Shown here: piece after piece, positions 20,678 to 31,399 of the stretch | Numbering within the stretch: the stretch's first letter is position 1 | How the letters are laid out: every line of letters begins with the position of its first letter | NCBI GenBank assembly: GCA_963771045.1 | Contig: CAVYRW010000004.1 | Span: 832,001-896,000, forward strand | DNA length: 64,000 bases | Direction: 5' to 3' | DNA from: Waddliaceae bacterium | GTDB taxonomy: Bacteria > Chlamydiota > Chlamydiia > Chlamydiales > SLFE01 | The notes under the pieces: model-generated | What the model was told of the DNA's origin: nothing | Seen by the model: only the letters and a program-made list of their open reading frames with translations | Database searches by the model: none | Position numbers and translations under genes: made by a program

Positions 20678-21751
20678 CTATTCTATATCCATGATTTCAA
20701 ATTCTTGGTTTTCTTCCAGCGTAGCGATCCACCTTAAGATTTCAGCCAGCAGTTCGTAAGTATCTTCCGGCACATAGTCATACAGCTCTCCGCTATCCCA
20801 AAGCTCATGTGCCAGAGGAATATTGCGCATGATCGGGATATTGTTTTCTTTGGCCAGTTTAATGATTTGTTCGGCCATTTTATCTTTTCCCATAGTCGTG
20901 ATCCACGGCGCCTGGTCGATTTCCTTGTCATAGGCGATTCCTATGGCGAGGTGGGTTGGGTTTGTCACAACAGCCTTGGATTTTTTGACTCCTGCTGACG
21001 GTCCCTCCTCGTAGGCAATTTCCTGGGCGATCTGTCTTCGCTTACTCTTAATCTGCGGGTCTCCTTCAGTATTCTTATATTCCTGTTTTACTTCAAATTT
21101 TTCCATTTTCATTTCCTTGGCGAAGTTGCGTCTCTGAAAGATAAAATCGGCAACTGCGACAACAATGAATAATAATCCCACTTTCCAGAGCACTTCAATC
21201 AAAAAAGCGTGAAACACCGTGAGGGATCCAATGAGCGGAAGTGATACTGTCTTTGTCAGAACGGGCAAACTCTTGTACATCACCCCATATATCAGATAAG
21301 CGGCGACCGATATTTTAAAGATTGACTTAAGTAGCTCAAACAGAGTCTTAAATTTGAATTTAGCCTTTAAATTTTGTATGGGATCAAACTTCTTTATATC
21401 GGGTTTGAACACTTCCGGAGCAAAAACCGGGCCAACTGCCAAAAAATTGACCACTGTGCCGACAAAAGCGACAAAGATCACAATCGGCCCCGCGCAGGCG
21501 AATATGACGAGTATACCCTCGCCGTACATACCGGTAATGGTTTGAAGCAGATCGGTATTAGTTACAGAAGAAAATGCAGCAATCGTGAAGGCGGCCACCT
21601 TGTGGTAGAGATAGCCGGTCAGGACTAAAACAGCGGAAACTGACGCGATAAATGTGAAAGCGGATGGCAAATCCTGGGATTTGGCAACCTGCCCTTTCTT
21701 TCTTGCGTCCCGCAGTTTTTTCGGTGTGGCTTTTTCGGTCTTTTCAGCCAT
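20678..21751 (-). CDS. sctU: T3SS export switch protein SctU (CdsU)
   Basis: EKTEKATPKKLRDARKKGQ, NPTH autocleavage motif. Confidence 0.97.
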   Translation of the reverse strand: MAEKTEKATPKKLRDARKKGQVAKSQDLPSAFTFIASVSAVLVLTGYLYHKVAAFTIAAFSSVTNTDLLQTITGMYGEGILVIFACAGPIVIFVAFVGTVVNFLAVGPVFAPEVFKPDIKKFDPIQNLKAKFKFKTLFELLKSIFKISVAAYLIYGVMYKSLPVLTKTVSLPLIGSLTVFHAFLIEVLWKVGLLFIVVAVADFIFQRRNFAKEMKMEKFEVKQEYKNTEGDPQIKSKRRQIAQEIAYEEGPSAGVKKSKAVVTNPTHLAIGIAYDKEIDQAPWITTMGKDKMAEQIIKLAKENNIPIMRNIPLAHELWDSGELYDYVPEDTYELLAEILRWIATLEENQEFEIMDIE

Positions 21752-21887
21752 AGAAAACTCTTGATTTTTAGAGGAAATAGCTTAAAAATTCGCCAAAATA
21801 GTCATTTTTCGACTAAAAAAATGACTTTTTTGGATTGTTCAAGCGTTTGAGAGCCAACTCTCTCTTACTCTATTCCCTCTCTATTAT

Positions 21888-21916
21888 AGTATAATAGTGT
21901 TAAATGGACATGTCAA
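21888..21916 (-). promoter_or_regulatory. sigma66/sigma70-type promoter for the sctU operon
   Basis: Minus strand TTGACA-17 nt-TATACT, about 135 bp upstream of sctU. Confidence 0.7.
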
Positions 21917-22839
21917 GAAATATTTTCATAGGCTTTTGACTCAGAACCGGATGCGGGTTCTACCGGGACCTGGCGGCGTATCTTCATTGCATAGGGTTTC
22001 GGCTTGATTCCCTTTCCTTTTGAGTTTGCAAAGACTTGTGTAACCTCCGCCCCGAAAAGAAGTATTTGCGTTGACCAGTAGACCCATATAAGAAGCACAA
22101 CCAGCGAGCCGGCAGCCCCAAAGCTCGATGCCGCCGAGCCATGGGCGATGTACCACCCCAGACCGAATTTCCCTGCAGTAAACAGCAATGAGGTGATAAT
22201 GGCTCCCGGCCAGATATCCCGCCAGCGAACGAAAACATCGGGCAGCGTTTTGAATATGATACCGAATAATAAAACGATAATCAGAAATGATACTGCCATG
22301 TTGACTCCGCTCCACAAAGCGGCTCCTCCCCAGGGTAATTTTTCGAAATACATCTCAGCTACTGAAAGGACTGCACTAACTGCCAGCGAAACTAATAGCA
22401 GCACTCCTACCACAAGGACAAGTCCGAACGAAAAAATATATGTCTTCAAGTAATACCATAGTCCCGGACTTGGCCTGGGGGCCACTTCCCAGACAGAATT
22501 TATTGCGTACTTGAGCTGTTTAAAAACTCCGAGAGCTCCGAAAGAAAGGGTGATGATTCCGGTGATAGTCGCTATCAGCCCGGCTTGCGGCCTTGCCGCA
22601 CTCATCAGCATGGTTTGGATGATGCCGGCTGCCTCCTGTCCCGTTGCGTTTTTAACCGCCTCGATGATTTCGCTTTGCGCCGTGCTTTTTCCGAAGAAAA
22701 AACCCGCAATTGCAATCGCTATAAGCAATAGAGGCGCGATCGAGAATATCGTGTAATAGGCAAGCGCTGCGCCCATTTGCGAGACCTTATCGGTAAAAAA
22801 GGCTCGAAAGGCGGTCTTAAATATTTTAAACCAGCTCAT
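21913..22839 (-). CDS. YihY/BrkB family membrane protein
   Basis: GAALAYYTIFSIAPLL, GAAGSLVVLLIWVYWS.QILLFGAE. Confidence 0.92.
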   Translation of the reverse strand: MSWFKIFKTAFRAFFTDKVSQMGAALAYYTIFSIAPLLLIAIAIAGFFFGKSTAQSEIIEAVKNATGQEAAGIIQTMLMSAARPQAGLIATITGIITLSFGALGVFKQLKYAINSVWEVAPRPSPGLWYYLKTYIFSFGLVLVVGVLLLVSLAVSAVLSVAEMYFEKLPWGGAALWSGVNMAVSFLIIVLLFGIIFKTLPDVFVRWRDIWPGAIITSLLFTAGKFGLGWYIAHGSAASSFGAAGSLVVLLIWVYWSTQILLFGAEVTQVFANSKGKGIKPKPYAMKIRRQVPVEPASGSESKAYENIS

Positions 22840-24507
22840 TACGTTATGATAGTAATCTCATAATTTTCCAGCAAAAATTTCTTTTTTCTGCTCATTGAAT
22901 TTTGCGACAAATCCATAAAAAATAAGGTTTTATTCGAATCTAAGCCTTTAGCGATTGATTTTGCACATTTTTGTTCTAAAAGATTGTTGCTCAGATAAAG
23001 ACGTTCGACGCTTTGGTTCAAACTTAAAAACCCTTCTATGCTTTCCGAAATGTCATCTTGAAGATGATTATGGTTTAACTTAAGCGATTTCAAAGTTTGA
23101 TTTGTCTTTAGCGCGTTAAAGATATATTTGGCTCCTTTGGATTTAATCTCGTTTTTCGAAAGATCGAGATAGGTCAAAGGGCTTATTTTTATAAGTATTT
23201 TTGCCAGAGCTTTTGTCCCTTCAATACCTAGCTTGTTTTCGCTTAAGTCCAGATGAGACATGGTGAATCGTTTAAAGCTTTTTAGGCAGTTTGATGTGAG
23301 ATTGCAATGAGATAAGTTCAGGTGTTCGAATATGGGCTTTTGGCAGACGTCTCCAAGTAATCGAGCCCCTGCATCTCCAACACATGTATAGGACAAATCC
23401 AAATCGATGATGAATCTCCTTTTCAGCAGAAGGGATTTTAAAGCGAAAGCGGTTTTCGAATTTATATTGCCATTTAATCTTAGAAAAGCAACTCTTGAGT
23501 TGTTTTCCAAAGCTTCGATCAATCTGATCACTTTGTCATCGGCATTTGGATTGTTGGTACAAATATGGATATGGGTGACAATGCAGTTGGGATTTTTGAT
23601 TTCCTTGACTAAATTGTCTATGTATTTCAACGAAGAGGACTCAGTAAAAGTAACCCATATCTGGACATTGGACCCTTGTGCAAAAATTAACCTCTGAATT
23701 TTATTCAGCAGCACCCATCCCTTCTTGCATTCCCCATTAATCGATATTGCGTCGATATGGCATTCTATAAATCCTAGATAGGATTTGAATTCCGTATACA
23801 TTTGTATGAGGGCTTGGATGGAAATTTGATCAATTCCTTTTTTTATATGGATGGCCCTCAAGATGCAAAACTGATCCGATATGGATTTGAGTTTTAAGCT
23901 GATTTTAAAAAGATTTTCCAGGGTTTTTACATCTAGATCGTCTCCATACTTTTGGATGAAATCGGAGCAGTCTTTTATCATCCAGGAAATCGGCATTTTT
24001 GAAAGGCAGTTCAGTACCATGTTTAAGGTTATCATGCTTTAAGCCGACATCCGACAAATAATGCTTTAGAAGCATTTCGGAGTCCAGCTTTGAGATGCAT
24101 ATGAAAATATCGTTTTCAGAAAAAAGTTTCCAATCACAATAGTGATTGCTGAGGAACGCCAAGGCAAGTTCGGCAGCCCTGGACAGTTCTTTTGGGAAAA
24201 TTTTGTCAAAGCTAAGAATTTCCCCTTTAGTCATTCCGGAAACCAGCCCGGGAGCTTTTTTCATGACATCTTCGGAAGAAAAGTCATATTGCTGATCCCC
24301 GTATCTGAACTGAATGAATTCATCAATAAGAGGCTGTAGAGACAGGGTTTGTTTAAACCTTGGTGATTTTTTTCTGGGAGAAAGGGGTGCTGTTTTGTTT
24401 AAAAAAAAATTTACCAAACGATTTCCCGGTTCCGATTTGGTGCGCCCTGCAGTCCCAAGCGGTATATAGACATTTTTTACATCTGGATTCGAGTTTGTTC
24501 TATTCAT
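22839..24507 (-). CDS. RNI-like LRR protein, candidate effector; one frameshift near 24030
   Basis: C-terminal LxxLdLSxNxI repeats; overlapping upstream ORF 23905-24522 probably encodes the N-terminus. Confidence 0.75.
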
Positions 24508-24576
24508 AAAGGTATCCTGCACTTAAAAAAACCCAAATCATCCTCTGTGATCTCTGGGGCTCTGTGGTAAAAAATC

Positions 24577-24592
24577 CCAGCGGGAATTGCTG
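24577..24592. repeat. solo right TIR of MITE family B
   Basis: CCAGCGGGAATTGCTG identical to 52540-52555. Confidence 0.75.
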
Positions 24593-24660
24593 GTAAGTCT
24601 ACACTGTTTAATGCTTTAACTGCAAATACCGGGGAGCATTCAATTATCCTTTTTGAACAC
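24592..24660 (+). pseudogene. duplicated 5' fragment of ychF
   Basis: GGTAAGTCTACACTGTTTAATGCTTTAAC..CAATTATCCTTTTTG aligns to 28922-28990 ([12 protein letters not shown]). Confidence 0.85.
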
Positions 24661-24786
24661 TGTTAATTACTTCTAGGCAGTGTACCTAAAAGATATAATC
24701 AGCTAATCTATTTCTTTTAATCTCAATATGTCTGCTATGAATTTTTCTACTACAGAGGCAGAGAGAGGAAGAAAAAGAATTCTTTG

Positions 24787-24949
24787 ACCCGTGATTGTGA
24801 CCTAATCTGAGGCCAGGCGCTACAGATGGAGGTTAGATTTCGAAAATTTTGACAAGAGGCATGTCTTAAGACATGCCGGAGGAGAAATTTATCGAAAGAT
24901 GACCTTCAGCTGTAGATGATTGGCCTCAGATTAGGTCACAATCACGGGT
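24787..24949. mobile_element. MITE family A, 163 bp, complete
   Basis: 29-bp perfect TIR ACCCGTGATTGTGACCTAATCTGAGGCCA; central palindrome GGCATGTCTTAAGACATGCC; flanks TTG/TTA; empty site visible at ~1041-1050. Confidence 0.92.
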
Positions 24950-25099
24950 TTAACTGGAGAAATCATAGGTGCTCTATGTAATTTCGAATAGCATCGGAGT
25001 CATAAGCTTTATCAGTAAAGATATTTTCACAGGAATTTCTCTCTAAAAGAAGTTCGACTTGTGCATTATCATGCACATTATTTACACATTGACGGGGTT

Positions 25100-26327
25100 T
25101 GGCCTTGCCCCATTGTTAGGTCCAACATTAATTAGAGGTTCCGGTTAGTTTTGACGCTTTCTTGGCGGAAAGCAAGTTTACCCTGAGCTGGCTAGCCAGC
25201 TCGCGTGGTGTTAGTCCTCCAAGAGCACTATGCGGACGATAAGTATTGTACTCATGAGCCCACTTCCCGACAATTCTTCTCGCATCGGATAGGTTTAAAA
25301 GCCAGTTCTCATTCAGGCATTCATCCCGAAGTTTACCATTAAAACTCTCTATATTGCCATTCTGATAAGGCTTTCCCGGTTCTATGTACTGCCAGTCTAT
25401 TTCCTGATCAGACGACCATTTCAATACTACACTTGAAGTAAATTTTGTTCCATTGTCGCTTATGACAGTCTTTGGCTTTCCATTTCTGTCTATCAGTTCG
25501 TTTAATACCTCCGTAACTTTACTCGCGTTTATCGATGTATCCACAGATATGCGAAGGCATTCTCTGGTATATGTGTCTATTACAGTCAGGAGACGGATTC
25601 TCCTGCCGTCCGTAAGCGCATCATGCATGAAATCAAGGCCATTCACGAGCAGAGGGCTTTCCCTGAACTCTTCTCGAGCCAAGGGCACGCTTTCTTCCTC
25701 CTCGTTTATGGACTTTTAATCCACAGGAACGATAAATACGATATACCTTCTGGTGATTGATTTTCACACCCTTACGTTTAAGCACCATATGTATACGCCG
25801 GTATCCAAACCGCCTCTTCTCATAAGCAATTTGTTTTATCCTATCTATGAGAGCTGATTCGTTTTGTTTTCTCGAGCTATACCTAACAACTGACCGGTGA
25901 GCTCCAACAAGCTGACATGCGTGCCGCTCGCTTCTCTTGTGTTCAATAACAAGAACCTGCACGCATGCCTTCTTAGCCTGTGGGGTCACCACTTTCGTGA
26001 GACAACATCCTTCAAGGCAATGATATCAAGAGATAAATCAGCAACTAATTTTTTAAGCTTACTATTTTCTGCTTCAAGGGATCGAAGCTTTTTAGCATCT
26101 GAGACCGTCATGCCATCAAACTTGGCTTTCCAGTTGTAATAAGTGGCATTTGAAATGCCATATTTACGACAGGCTTCTTCGACCTTAAGACCTGCTTTGA
26201 CCTCATTGAGGACGTTTATGATTTGTTCTTCTGTAAATCTTTTCTTCATGATTTGTGTTCCTTTTTTGGCTAAATAGTTTACACAAACCTCTAATTTTAT
26301 GTGGATCGATTTTCGGGGGTCAGGTCA
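25100..26327 (-). mobile_element. IS3-family (IS407-like) element
   Basis: TG..CA ends, GGTT 4-bp TSD; orfA 25986-26249 (MKKRFTEEQI); orfB 25128-25992 ([29 protein letters not shown]) with one extra frameshift. Confidence 0.92.
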
Positions 26328-26472
26328 GGTTCATCGGTTAGTGCGTGAATCTTCGTTTGGCAGCAAGGGGTGAATTCTTTTCCACAATTCATCTGTCAAT
26401 ATTGTTCGAGCCATATTTTTTCCTCTGCAGCAGGAGAGCTAAATATAAGAAAAAATCTTTTAAGTACACTGC

Positions 26473-28662
26473 TTAATTGCCAGGAAAATTGACTAAAAAT
26501 CCCTTTTTGCTTTTTGCGGCTAAATTTAGGAGAATGTTGTCATTGCCGCCGAGTTGGAGCGTTTCATTTACAGGAAATGATTTCCTATCCAATGCCTTGT
26601 ACATATCGCCCGGGCCAAGATTTGTTAAGACAAGCTTATCATTGACATACTCAATTTTTAAACTATTGATATCTGGAATACGGATTATTGTTGCAGACGA
26701 TTTGACATTGCTGCCAATTATGAGCGCTTTATTATCTCCAATCAACTCTTTGATATCGAAATTTAAATTGCCAAGCCCAAGATTTACAGAAAATATTTGA
26801 TTATAGGGGGTTTTTCTTCGATTTTGCATGTGTTTTTGGCTAAGACACATGTGTTTCAACCAGGCTTGCTTGAATACATGCTGAGGCATATACGTCTTAC
26901 CTAAATCTACTTTTGACATGGTAATGAGAGGGAATCCGCCATAATAGAATTGATTTATGGAGACAGCAAAATTTTCTAAAGTTCTTTGTTGTTTGAAGTT
27001 TTTAAGGCGTTCATAAGCCTCTTCCAAATTGGCTTGGCCGAACACTTTCTTATCCAAAGCTTTTTGACTAGACATCGTACAACTTCCAATATGCTGTCTT
27101 GTTTGATCTATGAGAGCATTGTATACAACCGGTCTATCAAGAGTGTCTCGAATGTTTTTCTGATAATTATTCCGTGTCTTTAGCCATTCCAAAAATGAAT
27201 TGGAAGATCCACGTATCAGCAAGTCGATCATATTTGGGATAATGAGGGGGATTAATTCATTTTCAACAAAAGCTTTATCACCCACAAAAGCCGAGTCTTT
27301 TTTCTTGCTTCCGGATTCGGTAAGAGAGTATGTGGGTATCTTTTTGTTGCCGATTGTAAACTCGTTAATGATCTTACCGGGGGTTAAATAGCTATGAACT
27401 TCCCTGGATCCAAAACCGACTTGAAAGATTCTGAAAAATAGTAAATTAGAATCAGGTGATACTTTTTCATATTGAAGAACTACATAATGCTCTGAGTATC
27501 CCCAAGACCAAGCTCCTTCAGTCTCGCTGCCAAGAAAAACATCTTTAATATCCTTTTGAAGGACTTTTATCATTTGTTGTTTAAATGCATTTTGGAAGAA
27601 ATATTCTTTATTTTGTGCAATGTTTTCTAGAGCGGCAGAAATAAACATTTTTTCTTGCATCGAAATGCGGCGCTTTACCAAATTTTCTAAACCTGTGTAG
27701 CGATCATAAAGTCCATTGTCTTTGCAAAAGGCATCAAATTCATAATAGGTTTCTAAATAAAATAAGGTTGCCTCATCAGCTTGCATCCCTTCTAATCCGG
27801 CATCTTCAAACTCGAGTCCCTTAAGATTTTCGCATCCAAAAACATTTACAGTTGTTTTAGCCCATTGCCGCATATAATCAAAGTTCTGATTGGTATAACT
27901 CTTTCTAATATTTTCAATCCTTTCGTTTACTTTTTTTTGCGTTTTGGTATCCGTGATACCCATGGCCCTCAGTTTATATCGAATATTTTCAGGAAGTTTT
28001 TCCAGAGTGTAATCATATTTAGATTTTTGGTGTTTAGGCACGGTGATGATGTCCATGAACACGCTTTCATCAAAAGATTTTGATTGAGGAATTTGTTTGA
28101 TTCTCTGGAGTTGATCAGGATTTAAAATATAATGCTTTATTGAGTCATTGATTTTCAAATGCACTTTATCCAGATAGCATCCCAAGACCCTCGCATAAAC
28201 TTCTCCTGCTTTTGGCTTTTCAACAAGCACCCACTCACCACGTTTCAAATCAAATATCTGGCTGAGTGATTGGGCGCAAGCTAAATCAACTTTAGAAGCT
28301 TTCTCGCCGATCTTTCGATCTACATAAATATTAAGAGGAGTAAAAAATAACTTTTTTGAAATCTGTTTTGATTTAATTTTCTTTGTCTTTGAGCCTAAAA
28401 TAATTTTAACATGTTTATCATTAAATTTTACAATTTTTGTATAAATTGGTTTGTGTTTACGCGATTTTCGGTATAGGATTATTTCATGCCAACAGGTATT
28501 CTCGTTTCCTGCTAAAGGATGGTCATAACCGTTGTCAAATGGTTGAACTTGGGTATTTAGAACCCTTAGAGAAGATAGTCGATTATCTAAACCATTAATT
28601 TCGACAGTTTCATTAAAAAATATTGACTTAAGTTGTTTAGTGGATATTTTATTTGGTTCCAT
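26473..28662 (-). CDS. 729-aa orphan, candidate effector
   Basis: Long AT-rich ORF with AGGA RBS; H..Q..QHIGSC motif set and FHA-like tail seen by eye. Confidence 0.75.
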   Translation of the reverse strand: MEPNKISTKQLKSIFFNETVEINGLDNRLSSLRVLNTQVQPFDNGYDHPLAGNENTCWHEIILYRKSRKHKPIYTKIVKFNDKHVKIILGSKTKKIKSKQISKKLFFTPLNIYVDRKIGEKASKVDLACAQSLSQIFDLKRGEWVLVEKPKAGEVYARVLGCYLDKVHLKINDSIKHYILNPDQLQRIKQIPQSKSFDESVFMDIITVPKHQKSKYDYTLEKLPENIRYKLRAMGITDTKTQKKVNERIENIRKSYTNQNFDYMRQWAKTTVNVFGCENLKGLEFEDAGLEGMQADEATLFYLETYYEFDAFCKDNGLYDRYTGLENLVKRRISMQEKMFISAALENIAQNKEYFFQNAFKQQMIKVLQKDIKDVFLGSETEGAWSWGYSEHYVVLQYEKVSPDSNLLFFRIFQVGFGSREVHSYLTPGKIINEFTIGNKKIPTYSLTESGSKKKDSAFVGDKAFVENELIPLIIPNMIDLLIRGSSNSFLEWLKTRNNYQKNIRDTLDRPVVYNALIDQTRQHIGSCTMSSQKALDKKVFGQANLEEAYERLKNFKQQRTLENFAVSINQFYYGGFPLITMSKVDLGKTYMPQHVFKQAWLKHMCLSQKHMQNRRKTPYNQIFSVNLGLGNLNFDIKELIGDNKALIIGSNVKSSATIIRIPDINSLKIEYVNDKLVLTNLGPGDMYKALDRKSFPVNETLQLGGNDNILLNLAAKSKKGFLVNFPGN

Positions 28663-28755
28663 TAATAAGTCCTGTTTTTATTAAACCATACTTTATACTT
28701 TAATTGTTAATTTTTCATTAAGTTTTTTAATTTTTCGTAATTAAAACTTGAATTA

Positions 28756-28782
28756 GCCTCAGATTAGGTCACAATCACGGGT
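28756..28782. repeat. solo TIR of MITE family A
   Basis: GCCTCAGATTAGGTCACAATCACGGGT, 27/27 match to 24923-24949. Confidence 0.9.
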
Positions 28783-28879
28783 ATAAGAGAAGTTATGGGT
28801 AGTGCATGGTTCCTTTACTGTTAAATCAAAAAAAATATTTCTCTTCCCTCCTGTATGTGATTTCGCTATAATATTTGGC

Positions 28880-29975
28880 ATGGCTGGTTTATCATGTGGC
28901 ATTGTCGGATTGCCAAACGTAGGTAAGTCTACCTTTTTAATGCTTTAACAGCAAACGCTGCTGAAGCATCCAATTATCCTTTTTGCACAATCGACCCGAA
29001 TATCGGGGTTGTTGAAGTATATGATCCGAGGCTGGAAAAGCTTTCGGAAATCAGCCATAGTCAAAAAATTATTTATGCGACAACGCAATTTGTCGATATT
29101 GCGGGACTGGTTGAAGGCGCGTCGAAAGGGGAGGGGCTAGGGAATAAATTTTTGGCAAACATCCGCGAGACCGATGCCACTCTGCATATTGTCCGCTGTT
29201 TCGACGATCCCAATGTTGTCCATGTCGCCGGAAAGATCGACCCTGTCAAAGATATTGAAATTATCAATACCGAGCTGGTTCTGGCCGATTTGCAAACTGC
29301 CGATAAAATTGTTCAAAAGCTGGAAAAACAGTCTAAAGGGAGCAAAGACGTGGTGCCGGCCCTTGGGCTGTTGAAGTCGGGTGCGAGATCATCTCAATGA
29401 AAATCAGCCAATAAGAGCGATGGAATTTTCAAAAGAAGAGAAGGAAATTCTCCGCCCGTATCAATTCATTACCCAAAAGCCTGTTCTCTATGTCGCCAAC
29501 GTTTCCGAAGATACACTTCCCGATATGGAAAATGAATATGTTCAGAAGGTCCGTGCCTACGCCGAAAAGGAAGGGAGTACATTATTGACTATCTGCGCGA
29601 AACTCGAAGAGGAGATTGCCCAGCTTAAGCCTGAAGGAACAAACAGAGTATCTGGAAAGCCTTGAGCTTAAGGAGCCGGGTCTTAATCGTCTGATCAGAA
29701 ATTCTTTCGACATACTCGGCCTCATTACATTTTTGACTACAGGGGAGATGGAAACAAGAGCCTGGACAATTCATAAAGGCGATACTGCCCAGGCGTCGGC
29801 CGGAAAGATCCATACCGATATCCAGAAAGGGTTCATTCGCGCCGAGGTGATCACTTATGAGGATATGATTGCCTGCGGAGGGCGCGTCAAGGCCAAGGAA
29901 AAAGGAAAAATGCGCTCCGAAGGCAAGGAGTATGTCGTACAAGATGGCGATGTCATCCTCTTTCTTCATAATTAA
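28880..29975 (+). CDS. ychF: redox-regulated ATPase YchF, three apparent frameshifts
   Basis: [54 protein letters not shown]. Confidence 0.93.
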
Positions 29976-29992
29976 ATGAATAATATGTATAG

Positions 29993-31340
29993 TTGACGGC
30001 TATGAAGTGGCCGCAATTCATGTCCAAAAAATTTTGGTATCTGAAGGAATCTGAGTCATTTGACGAAGCTTTCGAAGCTCTCGTTGAGAGGGGAAGCAAA
30101 CATGGCGTAGAATTCTTTATCGAGTCTTGCGAGGATCGGACCTGGATTTTAGGCGGCGGCGGCGTATTCATGAAGCAGGTCTATCAGTGGCTGCTCCGGC
30201 AATACCGCAAGGGACGGCTGCCTGATGCCGACGCCAAAGCGATGACTCAGGCCCTGCAGCCTCAATTTGAAGCTCTGCAAGATATGCTGGAGTATGATGT
30301 CGATTTCATTATTGAAGACGAGTCGATACCAGTATCGAGCTTTATATTTGAAGCCCAGTCTCCGTTTTTTAAAGAGCTGATTAAAAAAGCAAAGCCTGTA
30401 AAAGGACGCAAAACACTGGAACTAAGAAAAGCGAAACTCTCTTTTTTCGATTATATAAAAGAATTTGCGTATAAAGGAGAAATCGAGTTTCTGTGGCGCG
30501 AGGAGCCGAAATATATCCTGAACTTCATCAGGCAGGCGCAAAAATTAGGGATGGACGAGATGGTCTCCTATGCTGCCGGAGTGTATAAACGCTATCTCAC
30601 GCCAAAAAATGTGATCACCCATCTTCGTTTGGCTCAGAGGGAATTTTTGACTCCGCTACAACTTGAATGCTGCCGTTTTGTCAATGAACAGGATTTTGGA
30701 GTCAACATCGACTTTCGAGATAACATTGGCCTGCAGGTGACAGTCGATCGGATAACCGTGCAGAGTTTTGCTTTAATTGATTTTCTTGCCAAACAAATTA
30801 GCTATCTCATTTGCAGCTCGCATGTTCCGGAAAGTCCCAAAATTATCGCAATTTTGGGAAAAATCCCTAGGCTTATAGGACTTGATCTTTCAAATTCATC
30901 CGGTATTTCTCCGGAATTCGTTGAAAAATTTCCTTCGGTCAAACAATTGAATCTCAGCAATTGCGAGTGGCTTAGCGACGAGCTCTTTTTGTCTTTTATA
31001 GGAAAGTGCCGCCGATTGGTTAAACTAAATTTATCCGGAAACACAAATTTGTCTTTCAGAAGTCTTGGAGAGTTGACGTCTCTTAGCAGTCTTTCGAGTT
31101 TGGATCTTTCTTTTTGCGACCAGCTTGGCGACGACGATTTCGATCTTGTGGCTTCAAGCTGTCCTCAATTGGCCGAGCTTTACCTGCAATTTTGCCGAAT
31201 CAGCGACAGGGGCCTCGAAGCACTCGGGCATCAATGCACCGGCCTTGCAGTCCTTGACCTTAACCGACTGTAAAAATGTTACAGAAGAGGGGATTAAAAA
31301 GATCAAGTCAGCCTTGCCCAGGATTAGCATTATTCTATGA
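29993..31340 (+). CDS. BTB/POZ plus LRR protein, candidate Cullin-3 adaptor mimic; frameshift near the C-terminus
   Basis: DVDFIIEDESIPV..AQSPFFKEL..EFAYKGEI (BTB) followed by LxxLdLSxCxxLxD repeats. Confidence 0.8.
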
Positions 31341-31399
31341 AGATTGTTTAGTTTTTTTATTGAAATTAAATAACTTAATATATAATATTGTTTATTATC

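Larger units (their letters stand above)
24676..26473 (-). mobile_element. IS5-derived element copy 2, interrupted by MITE A and IS3
   Basis: Same TIRs and internal sequence as 931-1624, TA flanks, larger deletion. Confidence 0.85.
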
